A program made the translations under genes and the position numbers. Under the pieces are notes generated by a model. That model searched no databases and had not been told where the DNA came from. It saw only the letters and a program-made list of their open reading frames with translations. This document shows positions 49,209-61,235 of a stretch of 64,000 nt of DNA, piece by piece; the first letter of the stretch is position 1, and each line of letters starts with the position of its first letter. Location of the stretch: positions 20,276,001 through 20,340,000 of the forward strand of contig NC_087251.1 of assembly GCF_037042905.1 (NCBI RefSeq). The letters run 5' to 3'. Origin of the DNA: Lytechinus pictus (lineage: Eukaryota).

Positions 49209-51358
49209 CAGGCGCGTAGCTAGCAGGGAGGGTGGGGGCAAAAAAAAAACGCCCCCAAAAAGAAAAAAAATAGGAAAAGGAGAAAAAAGAAAAAGCGAAA
49301 GTAGAAAAGGGAAGAAAGGTACAGCTTTTTTTTGTCAAAATAATTAAAAACTAAACGAAACGTTGATCTTCTCTCTTCACACAAAATTTTGCTTCTGCGC
49401 TCCGCGCGGGAAAATTTTAAAATCGCCTTTCCCTTTTGTTTCCCACACCTTTTTTTGTACTCCGTTTTCCCCTTCCCGGCTTTGGGAATCGTATATTCTT
49501 GTCAGAAATAATAAATTATACATGGGTGTAAAGAGTATGATAAGTATTTTAAATTGCATTGACACAAAATGTCGGCTCTTCTGTTCGAAGCGGGTAAACA
49601 TTACCGTCACTTCCCGACTCCCCAATGGATATTTCTTTCGCTTTTCGGCAAGTAATTTTTGGCAAAGTATCCCGGGGGGGGGGGGGGCCACTTACATTGA
49701 CGAGTGGATACCATGCGCGACCAAAAAAACACGTAAAAGGGATGTCTTTTTCAAGATAGGGCACGTTACGTACGTAACGTGATAAGGGTGTCAAAAACAC
49801 AAAAATAATGAAAAATATCTATTTCGCTAGGAAAGTTACGTGTTTAGGGTCAAACTTGCGGGGATGATAAAGCAAAATTAAAATGTTTTATAATGGATGT
49901 CCTTTTTGCCCCAACACTACGTGTTTAGAGTCCGATTTGCGCGAGGTGTGGAAGGTGGGGTCGTACACTCGTACTAAACCAAATGATGTGTAAAGGTAAA
50001 ACCGACGACCGAAGGACCCGTGACATAACAATAAAATATTCCTGTACTTGTTTAGGGGTTCATTTCAGGGAATACTTGTCAACAGTATCGTTTTGTTTCC
50101 AATACTTGTTAAGGGTAGGGTTTCACACGCCAATACTTGTTAAGGGATGCATTTTCAGAATACGGAAAATACGTGTTTAGGGTGCTTTTCGAGACCCCAT
50201 GGTCGCGCATGGTATCCACTCGTCAATGGAAGTGGCCCCCCCCCCCCGGGCAAAGTATATCAAAAGGGGAGGCACTAAATTCGTGCCGTGCTATATATGC
50301 AGACGTATGTATGAAACGTACGTATATCTGTGCACATCCATCTCCTGTCTTGTTTTGTGCAATTGATTTAAAAATTTTAATCTCACTGAAGTTTCTTATA
50401 AAGGAAGCGCTTAATATGAGCGAAATTACACAATCTTTTTTCTTCCAAAACAAAATCACTGAGGTTTCAGTGCTTCGCGAGCATGGAAAAGGAAAATTAA
50501 GTCCCTCTTCGAGTTTGTATCATCCCTTTCACATTTTGGGCTCGTATTTCTTCTTAATCGAGTTATAGTCTAAGAAATGTCAAAATTTCTCAAATTCAGA
50601 GCTTCAACGACATTCGCGGGAAGGAAAGGGTCTATTTCCTTCCTGCATATACCCGTCTTCTAATCTGTTTTGGGACTTGAGTATTAATTTGAGTTAGCGA
50701 AATTTAAATCAAATCTGATGTAACCAAGGTGGGCATTTTATACCACTTCTGTTCTCAATTTTTATAAAACGTTTTAGCTTCGAGGAATTATTTCGAATTC
50801 CTCAATCTTTTCCCACTTTTGGGGCGCCAATAAAAAAAACTTTCGAAAACAGTTTTGTTTTGATTACAGCAAGTCAATTGAATTCGAGTTAATAAGGGTA
50901 CTAGACACAGGAAACGTCGTCTTCTTTTGATTTGAAGTTGATGAGAAATCAAAATCTTCGCGCTTTGCGGGAATAAATATTTCCTCCGTGTATATATACC
51001 CGTCTTATACTCTGTTTTGCGATCAGTGAGTTAAATTGAGTTAATGGGATTCAAATCAAATTTGATGTGACCAAGGTAGGCATTTTATACCACTTCTGTC
51101 CTCAATTTTTATAAAACGTTTTAGCTTCTGCGTTTCGCGCGGTAAGAGGAGTTATTTCAAATTCTCCAATCTTATTTCAAATCTTCAAGCTCATGATTTA
51201 TTTTGAAAACAGGTTATTTTTTCATTACAGCAATTTAATTGAATTCGAGTTGATAAGGGTACTGAAGACGCAAGATACGCCTTCTTTTGATTTGCATTTG
51301 ATGAGATATCAAAACCTGACCCCCCTCCCTGCACCCCCCCCCCCTGGCTACGCGGTTG
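49209..51358. mobile_element. hAT-like non-autonomous element containing a second MITE
   Basis: caggcgcgtagc..gctacgcggttg with 8-bp TSD gccgctcg; internal tandem duplication at about 50600-51320. Confidence 0.75.
49671..50250. mobile_element. MITE with cccggg(G)n termini
   Basis: ~50-bp TIRs ggccacttacattgacgagtggataccatgcgcgacc; 8-bp TSD caaagtat. Confidence 0.85.
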
Positions 51359-51477
51359 GCCGCTCGAAGTTGACTTTTGCTTGTTTATTTGAAGGGGTAG
51401 TCCTAGTAGTCACTTCGAAGCTTTATTCTTGTAAATCAACATAAATATATAAAAATCTCATAGGCCTTATTTATATA

Positions 51478-52844
51478 CAGTGCGTATCAAAAAACAAGAC
51501 AGTTTTGAAAAGTCTATACAAAATTTTTATTTCAAATCATTATATCCATATTTTGATGTTAATAGATGCTCTTAAATCTAATCTTTAAAACGCAATTTAA
51601 AAAAATAAATTTTGTTCATGCTTGAGCGAACACGGGACGTTTTTGTCGGGGGTTCAAAAAGAGGCTTGCGCCAGAATGGCAGAATATGAGTAATAAATGA
51701 TTAGACTTCTTGCTAATCAGCAGACTTCCTCTTAACCTTTTCATTATCTGTGCCATAATTTTCGAATTATGCTCTCTAATTTTATTTACAAATTTATTTA
51801 TTCATTTACTTGAATGATTTTGTTCTTTTTTCAATTACTCTCTTTAACCTTTGAATTTTCCCTCATAAGGAAGAAAAGAAGACTTTTTGTCAACCCAAGC
51901 AAGAAGATTTGCATTATTAATTGGGAAAACTTGTAATTATTCAAATCATTTTATTATGTAGAACAAATTATGTTGTGGTACCTTTAAAAGACATGAATCC
52001 ATTTTTCAACGGGTTATTGATTCCTTGACCAAGTTTAATTATATGCTTGACAGGACAAACAGGAAGGGATTCATGTCTCTGAATGGCAATGGTGTATTGA
52101 GTCAATTTTGAAGGAGCTAGATATGGCGGATCGGGAAAAATGTAATAAAAAGTTGTGAGAAAGCGAAGCGAGCACACAAAAATTCCCACTTTTTTATTAC
52201 AATATCAAATTTTGTGATAGATTTTGACATAATACTGAAAAAATAATATCATATTTTACTTTCTATCTTTCCTTTTATTTCCTTTCCACTTTTTTTCTTG
52301 GTCATGATTTTTTTTTTATTGAGGGGGGGGGGGCATCCCCGAACCCCCGCCCATTTGTATGACACTGTTCAAAAGGCACCATAACCTTTGTAGCACAAAA
52401 TGAAAGGATTTGAAAAAAATACAAGCTCTCCCATACTTCGGTTGAAAAAAAAGAAGTTTTTGCTTGAAGAAGGAATATTCAAAGCTAAAAGAGAACACAT
52501 TAAAAAGAAACAACAACAGAACAATTCAAGCAAACAAATTGATTTGAAAGAAAAATTTGAAAATTGTGGCAAAGATAATGAAAAGGTTAAAAGGAAGTCT
52601 GCTGATTAGCCAAAATTCCGATCATCATATTTATCGTTTCATGCCATTCTGGCGCAAGCCTCCTTTTTAATCCCATACAAAAACATTCCGTGTTCGCTCA
52701 AGCATGAACGAAACTAAACTTTTTTAATGGCATTTGAAAGATAAGATTTCAGAGCACCCATAAACACCAAAATATAGACATCATAATTTGAAAGAAAATT
52801 TTTATAGACTTTTCAAATCTGTCCCGTTTTTTTTATACGCACTG
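51478..52844. mobile_element. Tc1/mariner-type non-autonomous element with long imperfect TIRs
   Basis: cagtgcgtat..atacgcactg, TA TSD; TIR similarity runs about 300 bp (e.g. gaggcttgcgccagaatggca). Confidence 0.8.
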
Positions 52845-55800
52845 TAGTGCGAGCGCGAGCTATCTTTTTTTTATTATTCATTTTACGTATTTTGTCCTAA
52901 AATTTAAACATTGTGGGCAATGTTTGTGAACCTGAACGAGATTTTCCGAAGACGAAAATCATGAATATTCATATTGGGGTCTGGAACTGAGGTGGGAAAA
53001 ATAATTTCGCTCCCGGGCAGAGTCGTAAGGGACGCGGGGCAAATTTGTAAAATACTTGCTGTCCTTTGAAATCCGGGACGTCCAGTCACCCTGCTGGGAA
53101 CGATCTTTTTGCAGGGGTGCTGATGTAAATTTCACAAGCAAAACAAAAAATCACAACAAACTGAAGATCTTTTTGGTTCCGAGAAATTTGTAAAGTAAAA
53201 AAAAAGGATTTCAATACAAAATATAGCTCATTTTGGTTACATTTCTCCATTTTTTAATACAGCCTTTTTCAAAATGAAATAGGGCGCAGCCGCCAATAAG
53301 GTTTCAAGCTATAACAAAGTCAAAAATAACAAGTAGGCATACTTTAAGGAAACGGCACTATGAACAAGTTAATATTGTTGAGTGAAGCTCAAGGAGACGT
53401 AAAGGTCGTGTATTAACCCCATACACTACCCCTGGAATTCTGAGAAAAACTATGCATATATATCAGGGGCAGCGCGGAACGAACCAGGGGGCATTTCCCT
53501 GGGAATTTAACATTTGCGAATTAAGATTTAAAATTTATTCATATCTGCGTATTTTCTTCCCTGAAGTCGATTCTCTTTTATTTGGTAGGCCGGGTCTATA
53601 TTACGGTATTTTAAGTCATGTCCTTCTTTTATTTTTGCCCCCCCCCCCATGGGGCACGTATCCTCTACAGTACAGAGTAGACATGATTGAGAGGCAGCAT
53701 TTGTCTCTCTCACACGCGAAATGCTGTTTGACCTTTAACCTTTCAGAAGCTCTTCAGAGACGGGGAAGTTTTCATACATCTCCCACGAAACATTGACCAT
53801 TAGAGAGTTCGGACTTCGTCAGACGATGCAGGGAGGGGGAATTTATTCACGAAGCGTGAATGCTTTTGAACTCAATGCATTTTTTAGAAGAAAAAAAAAT
53901 CTCATTGTAGGTTTACAGTACTTTTGTCAAATCTTCATATTGTATTTTTGACCAATTCTCAGATCATAATTGATCAGATCAAACAATCCAATTATAAGAA
54001 ATTTGTTTTCCATACACGCGCAGTGATCGCAAAGCACTACGGGTGGGGGGTGATGACTTTCCTTACTTCCCACGGGAAGAGCGGAGGATTTTATGATGTT
54101 GAGAAAAGAAGAAAAATACCATCAACTGCGACTTTTATAAGATAACCCCAAAAAATGTATGCAAGAGGAAGATGCAGTATATGAAAGATCATGCTTGTTG
54201 ACAGATAAAGACAGATGTTGAAATATAATCATCGTATGGCAAAAAAAAATGATCATTTGAATTTATTATGTAATAGATGGTATATCTTTCTCACAATAAA
54301 CAAGAACAACACCATTTAAAGTTTATTCCGTTGTACATCGAATATAATACACATATTATATACACTTTTCAATAAGATACATTTTTAAAATCATGTTTAT
54401 AATACACCTATATGATTTTAATACACAACAAGTGGAGTAATGAGAACACTAGTTTGAAGTGTCAAAATGTGGCAGATGAAGCAAAAGTTCTAAACATGCG
54501 AGCAAGCGAAGCAAAAAAAATTACCTTTTCAATACAATAATTTAAATTTCGGACAGATTGTGACATAGTATTCAGAAAATTATACGATTATTCCTTTCTT
54601 TCCCGTTCTGTCTGGGACGTGGGACATTTTTGGAGGGGGCATGATTCAAGCCCCTTCATCTGTTAGCCAGATTACACCTTAGGCAAAATTTACAAAATGT
54701 CTAATGTACAATTTTTATGGAAAAGAAATAAACGCTCAGGTGCACGTTTTACATATTCCAATTATCCAAGTTTTAATAAAACGGTTGAAGTAAATGGAAA
54801 ATATCAGTCAGCTAGGGTAGTATAGGTTTCACGGTACGTACACCATGTATCTTTCTTGGGCAAGTGTTGGTCCGGAAATGACCACCCAATCTCGACGTTT
54901 CGCAATTACAAATCAGTAGGTTATAAATTGATGCCTTGCCAAAGAACGCCAGTGCGTCGGTGGGAGCTTGCCATATTAACCTACTGATTTCTAATTGCGA
55001 AAACTGTGTAATCCCTGCTAAACAGCCGATCAAAATAAGATGTTCAAATGAAGTTATAATATTAGGTGTAAAATACCAATACTGCAATTGGGTTAGTCTA
55101 ATAGAACTCTGAGCTTGACAAGGAAAGATATTGCGGAATGGCCAAAGTAATACGAATCATATCAATACAACAACCCCGGGACCACAACCACTCCAACCAG
55201 GGTGAGAATCTACAGTCGGACTTTTACGGGGTGCGAATTTGTCCTAAAAAAATTACAAGCAAAAAAAAAGAATAAAATTCATTGCTCAATAAGAGGTGCG
55301 CATTGGAGTGCACCAAACACATTTCCAAATTTTACATTCCCTTCCCTGGTTCCACGTCTGATTACCACTTCTTTCTATGAAAATAACAGTTAAACAAAAC
55401 TAATACAAAACACCAAAACAGAAATACAACAAAAATACCTGATCGGTCATGACAACCTGATTGCTCGCCAGATCAGCGACGTAATGAGCCAAACATTTTG
55501 ACGGGGGAAATGTGGCTTATCGGGCAAAATTTATAAAAAGTTGCAAGCGAACGAAGCGAGCGAGCAAATTTTGACATTTTTATTAGAAATATCCAAAGTT
55601 GTGATAGATTTTGAAATAATATTTAGAAAATAGTAATCATATTTCACCTTCTCTCTTTCCTCTTCTTTTTTTTTTCCTTGGTCGTGAAAAATAAGGTAAG
55701 GCAGGTGACCCCGAGCTCCCCATCTGAACGCTAAGTGTCAGATGCTTGCTATACACAGAAACAAGAACTGTGTAATATTTTGTTCACCAACAAGTATTAA

Positions 55801-55943
55801 ATATGTTTTTACCAGGGCATGGTGAAAGAAACATGAAATCAGTATAGGTCAAGGTCTGATCCAATCCATTTACAAGATAACATTAATGGCGTCATATAAT
55901 ACAGGCGTATAAGAGGACCGGAGCTACACAAGCAATGAAAGAC

Positions 55944-57125
55944 CTAAGACGGGTCCATCATTCGACCCATGAAGATGACTGACTTAGTCAACCTGTGACG
56001 AATGATAAACAGGAACGGGTGGTCTGCACGGAACAAGATTGGATTCTCTGGCTTGGCTGGCCTAGACTTGTCATACAGCATCACAACGGCTGTTGCAGCA
56101 GCTGCCTCACTCCCTTCTTCATTGACATCGACAAACGCCTTGTGGATGATTGCAGATATATACAAATCTTTATCACCTGTGATGCCTTCGAAGTTGGCCC
56201 TGTCTTCATCGAAAGCGTCAGGCATTCCAATTACTTTGAGGGTATCTGCAAGTTGGAATTCTGCCTCTAGCTTGAATTTTGGCAGCATCACGTTTACTAG
56301 TGTTGATTGAAGCCCTTTGTCCCAAGATTGGAATGTTTCCGTAGATAGATTCGACTCAAGTTTATCTAGGCCATCGTCTTTGTTTGGAAGAGCAATCAGT
56401 AGACTCAGGCACTGGCCTCTATAAGGCAACTCTAAGACAAGACAGTCATTGGATTTATCTATGGCCAAATTGAATTTCTTTCTTTGAAACATACGGTTCA
56501 TCTGTACAATCCTTCTTTCATCTAAAACCTTGAAAGAATCCTGAGTAGTATTGCTTGGAAGAAATTTTGATTCCCATACACCATTGAAATAAATGGCATT
56601 TACAAGAACAAGTCTAGTGAGAGCGTGAAGAACTCCCGGAGCTATCAAGTCTTTAATCTTTCCTTCTGTTTGCTTTGAAACCCAATCGTTAATAGATTTA
56701 GTGGTAGTGGGATCTGCAAAGTCATCAACTGCCTCAATGGCTGCTCCATAGTATGAAGCAGTACCTTCGAGAAACGACCGAACAAAGTTGTAGCCAGATT
56801 TTCCATATAGCTTATTGGCTGCATGAAGCTTGTAACCAGAATCTGGTTTATAGAGCAAACTGTTCAGTTCTTTAAATGTTCCATGAAGTTGCCTGAGGTC
56901 TGCCTGGTTGACACGAAAGACATTTGCGATCTGACTGGCTGTATCACCTCTGGCTCCTAGCTGCGTCATTGCCAGAGCTGTGGATATGCTGAGGGGAGAG
57001 AAGAATACGTTTCTACCACCCCGTCCATCTCGAAGAGTTTGATAGAGGTAGATGGCGAATGCATTATTTGCCCCGGAAAGCTGCAAAAGCCGTTCAGATG
57101 CAGGTGGCTTTCTAAAATACTCCAT
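55944..57125 (-). CDS. Serpin (intracellular, clade-B/leukocyte elastase inhibitor-like), single coding exon, 393 aa
   Basis: Motifs NVFFSPLSIS, LVLVNAIYFNGVW, LPKFKLE, hinge VNEEGSEAAAATA, signature FRADHPFLFII; no signal peptide. A splice acceptor (ttattatcAG) ends 17 nt before the ATG, implying a 5'-UTR intron. Confidence 0.96.
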   Translation of the reverse strand: MEYFRKPPASERLLQLSGANNAFAIYLYQTLRDGRGGRNVFFSPLSISTALAMTQLGARGDTASQIANVFRVNQADLRQLHGTFKELNSLLYKPDSGYKLHAANKLYGKSGYNFVRSFLEGTASYYGAAIEAVDDFADPTTTKSINDWVSKQTEGKIKDLIAPGVLHALTRLVLVNAIYFNGVWESKFLPSNTTQDSFKVLDERRIVQMNRMFQRKKFNLAIDKSNDCLVLELPYRGQCLSLLIALPNKDDGLDKLESNLSTETFQSWDKGLQSTLVNVMLPKFKLEAEFQLADTLKVIGMPDAFDEDRANFEGITGDKDLYISAIIHKAFVDVNEEGSEAAAATAVVMLYDKSRPAKPENPILFRADHPFLFIIRHRLTKSVIFMGRMMDPS

Positions 57126-57184
57126 CTCTCTGATTTTGAGACCTGATAATAAAAAAAGAAAAATATATCGGTAATCAACTTTTA

Positions 57185-57644
57185 TATATCCCTCATTCTT
57201 CCTATTGCATTATTATGGTGCAGTAACATGGTCCCTGCGGAAAGTGGATCAAGACAGGCTTGCAGTCTTTGAAATGAGATGCCTTCGCACCATGTTAGGT
57301 GTACATTTAATGGACAAAGTCAGGAATGCGGACATCAGGATGAAATTACATATCAAAAACACAATATGCGAGGAAGCTTCAAAAAGACGCCTGAGGTGGT
57401 TTGGGCATGTATGCCGTTTGTCACAAAACCGCCTTCCAGTTCAGGCATACCGAAATTACTTTGACAAGGGGAGACCACCAGGACGTCCCCCTTCCAGATG
57501 GAGGGACCAAGTCAGACGAGATGTGGGTCTCCCTCTATACTGGATGCTGAAGACCTAGCCCAGGGTAGAACTGAATGGAAAAGGATCATCCGTAGGAGAG
57601 CGAAGGGACACACCGTCCTATGCACATAAGTCAGTCAGTAAGTC
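57185..57644 (+). mobile_element. RTE-clade LINE, 5'-truncated 3' end
   Basis: YGAVTW..RLAVFEMRCLR..RRLRWFGHV..RPPGRPPSRWRD; (AGTC)n tail; imperfect 12-bp TSD aat(c/t)aactttta. Confidence 0.85.
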
Positions 57645-58789
57645 AATTAACTTTTAGAATATTGTGCCGTGATTTGGATATTCAAAGTTGAAAAAATGAC
57701 TACTTCTACATTGATATTCTAAAGCTTCAATATTGTTGTAGCCTATATGTTCGCTGAATTTCACTTCTTGAAGGCATGGTAGGCGAGGCCTATAGATTAC
57801 TGTCACAGATGTTAATCACCAACTAAAAACTCGTTATACCAAGTTTAAAGCTATGTCATAACCATATTTATCCATTATACATTATGAACAAATGGTTCCG
57901 CAGGGTATTTGCAACTAAGGCCACCATATTTCATCTGACCCATTTTAATGCTTATTTGGAAGAAAAGGGTTCATTATCAGGGATGTTTATTGTTTATTCT
58001 TTATAAATCATATACATTGTATAATGGCAGGAGCCATTGTGAATCACCTTCTTCATTATAGCACTCGAATTATATTCCATAATTGTTACTTTTTTTGGTT
58101 GAAAGTCTGTTATTTATCATGTTTATGTGAATGATAATTATATTCATCTAAAGTTTACAGAATTGAAAATCTAACAAAATATCCTGCACAGCGACCTGAT
58201 TTTTTTTTTTAGTTTCATACACTGTCATGGACCTGGGAAGCGGGGATGCTGCGTGTATTATTTTCCATAGGCAGCACCCCACGAAGTCAGGTCCCCCTGT
58301 ATTTGTTTGAATATGTTATAATGTACATAATTATCACATCCGACAATCACAAATTGTTTACTACTGTCTTTCACATATTCCAATAACATATATCCCTCCT
58401 AACGCGACTCAATCAAGCTCCGGCACTCCGATACAGACGTGGTCGCGCGCGATACATGATAACCATACACACTACTCGATATGGGTGTGGTTGGACTCGA
58501 AATTCCAGGTTTTATGTCGTGTTTTGTATAAACAATTACAAGTCAGACAATAGAAATCAAATTTCACATTCTTTTTCGCCCTGCCCCATGGCCCTGGGAA
58601 GCGGGGGTGCTGGGGGTGAAGCACCCCCAAAATTTGAGGGTGCTGCGTGTGTTATTTTCCATAGGCAGCACCTCCTGGAAATCTGGTAGGTATGGTAAAT
58701 GACAGAAATGTTATGAAAATGAACGACGTTTTGTAGAAACCTCCTTCCCCCCCCCCCCCACTTCAGAATTTTCCGATACAGTCCTTGAA

Positions 58790-60203
58790 ATAGTGTTTAA
58801 ATTCACCCTTTTTCAGATCGGAATATCAAATATTTCCTGCTCGCACTTCGCGCTCGCATTATTGATTTTTTATAATAAAAAGATGTATTTAGAATGCCCA
58901 GATACTAGGTCTAAATCTAAACATGCGCACGCATGTTTATTTAGATACGTAGCTTTTTTTTTTTTGAGGGGGGGGGGGGTACTCCGGGCTGAAAATATTT
59001 ATATCAAATACATTTTATAGAAATAAACATATTTTATCAAAATCTGATAACAAATAGTTAAGTTATTTAATTTCAAAGTTTAACAATATTTTGTGAAAAT
59101 GGTGATATGCATGTCGTCATCAATATTTAATAGGTGGGTTGATTATGTCACATCCCCACTATCTTTTTTCTTATGTTATTACATGGAATCAAAATTGTTT
59201 CATTTTTTTCATACCAGTGTGAATGATATGCCTCCCTTATAATGAAATAAGTTGCAGCAAATAATATCTAATGGACTAAATCAGTTGTCAATTCAACTGT
59301 TTTGGTTCTTGAAGAGAAAATATTGAATAAACTATAATTTTATATAATAAAATACAAAAGAACAAGTTGGGATATGATATCAGTTTGCTCATTGAATATT
59401 AATGAAGACATGTCTAAAACTGTTTAACCGGAATAATGCTAATTAATCTTTAAAATGCAATAACTTTGATATTTCTTGTTTGATTTTGATCAAGTCTTTA
59501 TTCTTTTGTTCGTCTGATTTGTCTTAAACCTATTCAAACCATATTACATTCAGTATGGAGTACCCCTTTAAACGTGCTTAAATTATTAAGTTTCAGATCA
59601 GAATATAAACAAATTTCTGCTCGCGCTACGCATTATCAATGCAGGAAGATATCCAATTACCCATCATTTTCTTGATTTACAAAACATGAATAGAATGTCC
59701 CGTTTTTAGGTCTGAAATCTCAATTTTGTTTCCGCTCGCGCATTACGCTCGCAATTATTGTATACTTACATACCTATTCTGTTCATGATTAGAAAAGTGC
59801 TTGGGATGTCCCGTTTTTAGGTCTGAAATCTCATTTTTATTTTCGCTCGCGCTTCGCGCTCGCACCAACTATATAGTTATATACCTATCCTGTTCATGAT
59901 TGTAAAAAGTGCTTAGAATGTCTAGTATTTAGGTCGGAATGTCAAAATTTTCAGCTCGCGCTAGCATTATTTGATTGTTGATATATGTATAGTCTTCATG
60001 GGTAACTGCAAACAGTCCTTATAACATGTCCCTTTCGATCAGGCCAGACCGTTATTAAAAATATCTGCTAGCGCTGGTCGCACTCGCAATTATTATTTTT
60101 TACATAGCATCTTCTTCAGGACCACAAATTTTGCCCAAAATGTTCAATTTTCAGGACAAAATACACAAAATTTGCCAAAAAAATTAGCTCGCGCTTCGCG
60201 CTT
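58790..60203. repeat. Degraded gctcgcgcttcgcgc-repeat element with a nested TTAA-type MITE (about 58966-59571)
   Basis: Reverse-complement of the repeat motif in 924-2067; nested ggggtactcc..ggagtacccctttaa ends. Confidence 0.55.
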
Positions 60204-60222
60204 AAATGATCTAATTATAATT

Positions 60223-60272
<50 letters not shown>

Positions 60273-60273
60273 T

Positions 60274-60311
<38 letters not shown>

Positions 60312-60351
60312 AGGGGGTGTGTGTATGTGTGAGGGTGGGTGTGTCAGTTTA

Positions 60352-60844
60352 TTTAAGGGAATTTCAGTTTATGCTTTTACATGGAGCAATATATACAAAA
60401 GAACATTTAATGAGATTTGGTTTCGTGGGAGATAATTACTGCTCGTTTTGTTGTACAAAAACTGAATCGTACTTTCATATACTCATGGATTGCATAAAAG
60501 TTAAACCTCTGTGGCAATTTTGTATTGATCATTTTTGTTTAGCTGAATTAAGAACTTTGAATTGGAGGGAAATATTTTTAGGATTACCTGGAAATTCTTG
60601 TAGAATTTGTGTCAATTCTGTTATTCTTTTTATTAAATATGCAATTTTTTATTCCAGAGCTGAAGGCCGGGTACCTTCATTCATTAAAATACACAAATAT
60701 ATTACGGGTTGTATAGAAGAAGAAAGTCGCCTGGCAACGAAGTCAGGCAAGTTAAGTTTACATTTACAGAAATGGGATGAACTGAAAGTGAAAAGAGATT
60801 TGAATGTGAACAGGTGGGATGTGTCTAGTGTGGTGCGAGTGTGA
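60352..60844 (+). mobile_element. L1/Tx1-like LINE ORF2 C-terminal zinc-binding fragment
   Basis: LREFQFMLLH..CSFC..ESYFHILMDC..VKPLW..KYAIF motif; the upstream part of the ORF is (TG)n microsatellite. Confidence 0.8.
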
Positions 60845-61235
60845 ATCCTGGTGTGAATGTTGATGATTTTCTTTTTTCTTTTTTTTTTCTTTTTACTAAT
60901 TCCTTTCAATTTCCCCTTCTCTTGTATCAATATGATCTGCAGGTTCTTTTCTTTCTGTATCCTATTTCGCCAAAATGTTAAGCGTTCATATGCACATTTG
61001 TATATATTATGTTTGTTTACGTATGCATGGTATGTGCATGTGTGTAAAACTATGGGTGTTAGGGTGTGTATAAGTATTTAAAGTTATGTTGAAGCTTGAT
61101 GTAAAATGGGATGCAATGATAATACATGTAGGTTGATTTCTGTTCTGCAAATCATTTAGTCATTTAATATTAATTAGGTGGTCTGTCTATGACAGATCAC
61201 CTTTTATGTTTGTCCGAATTTTCTTTCTTTATTTA

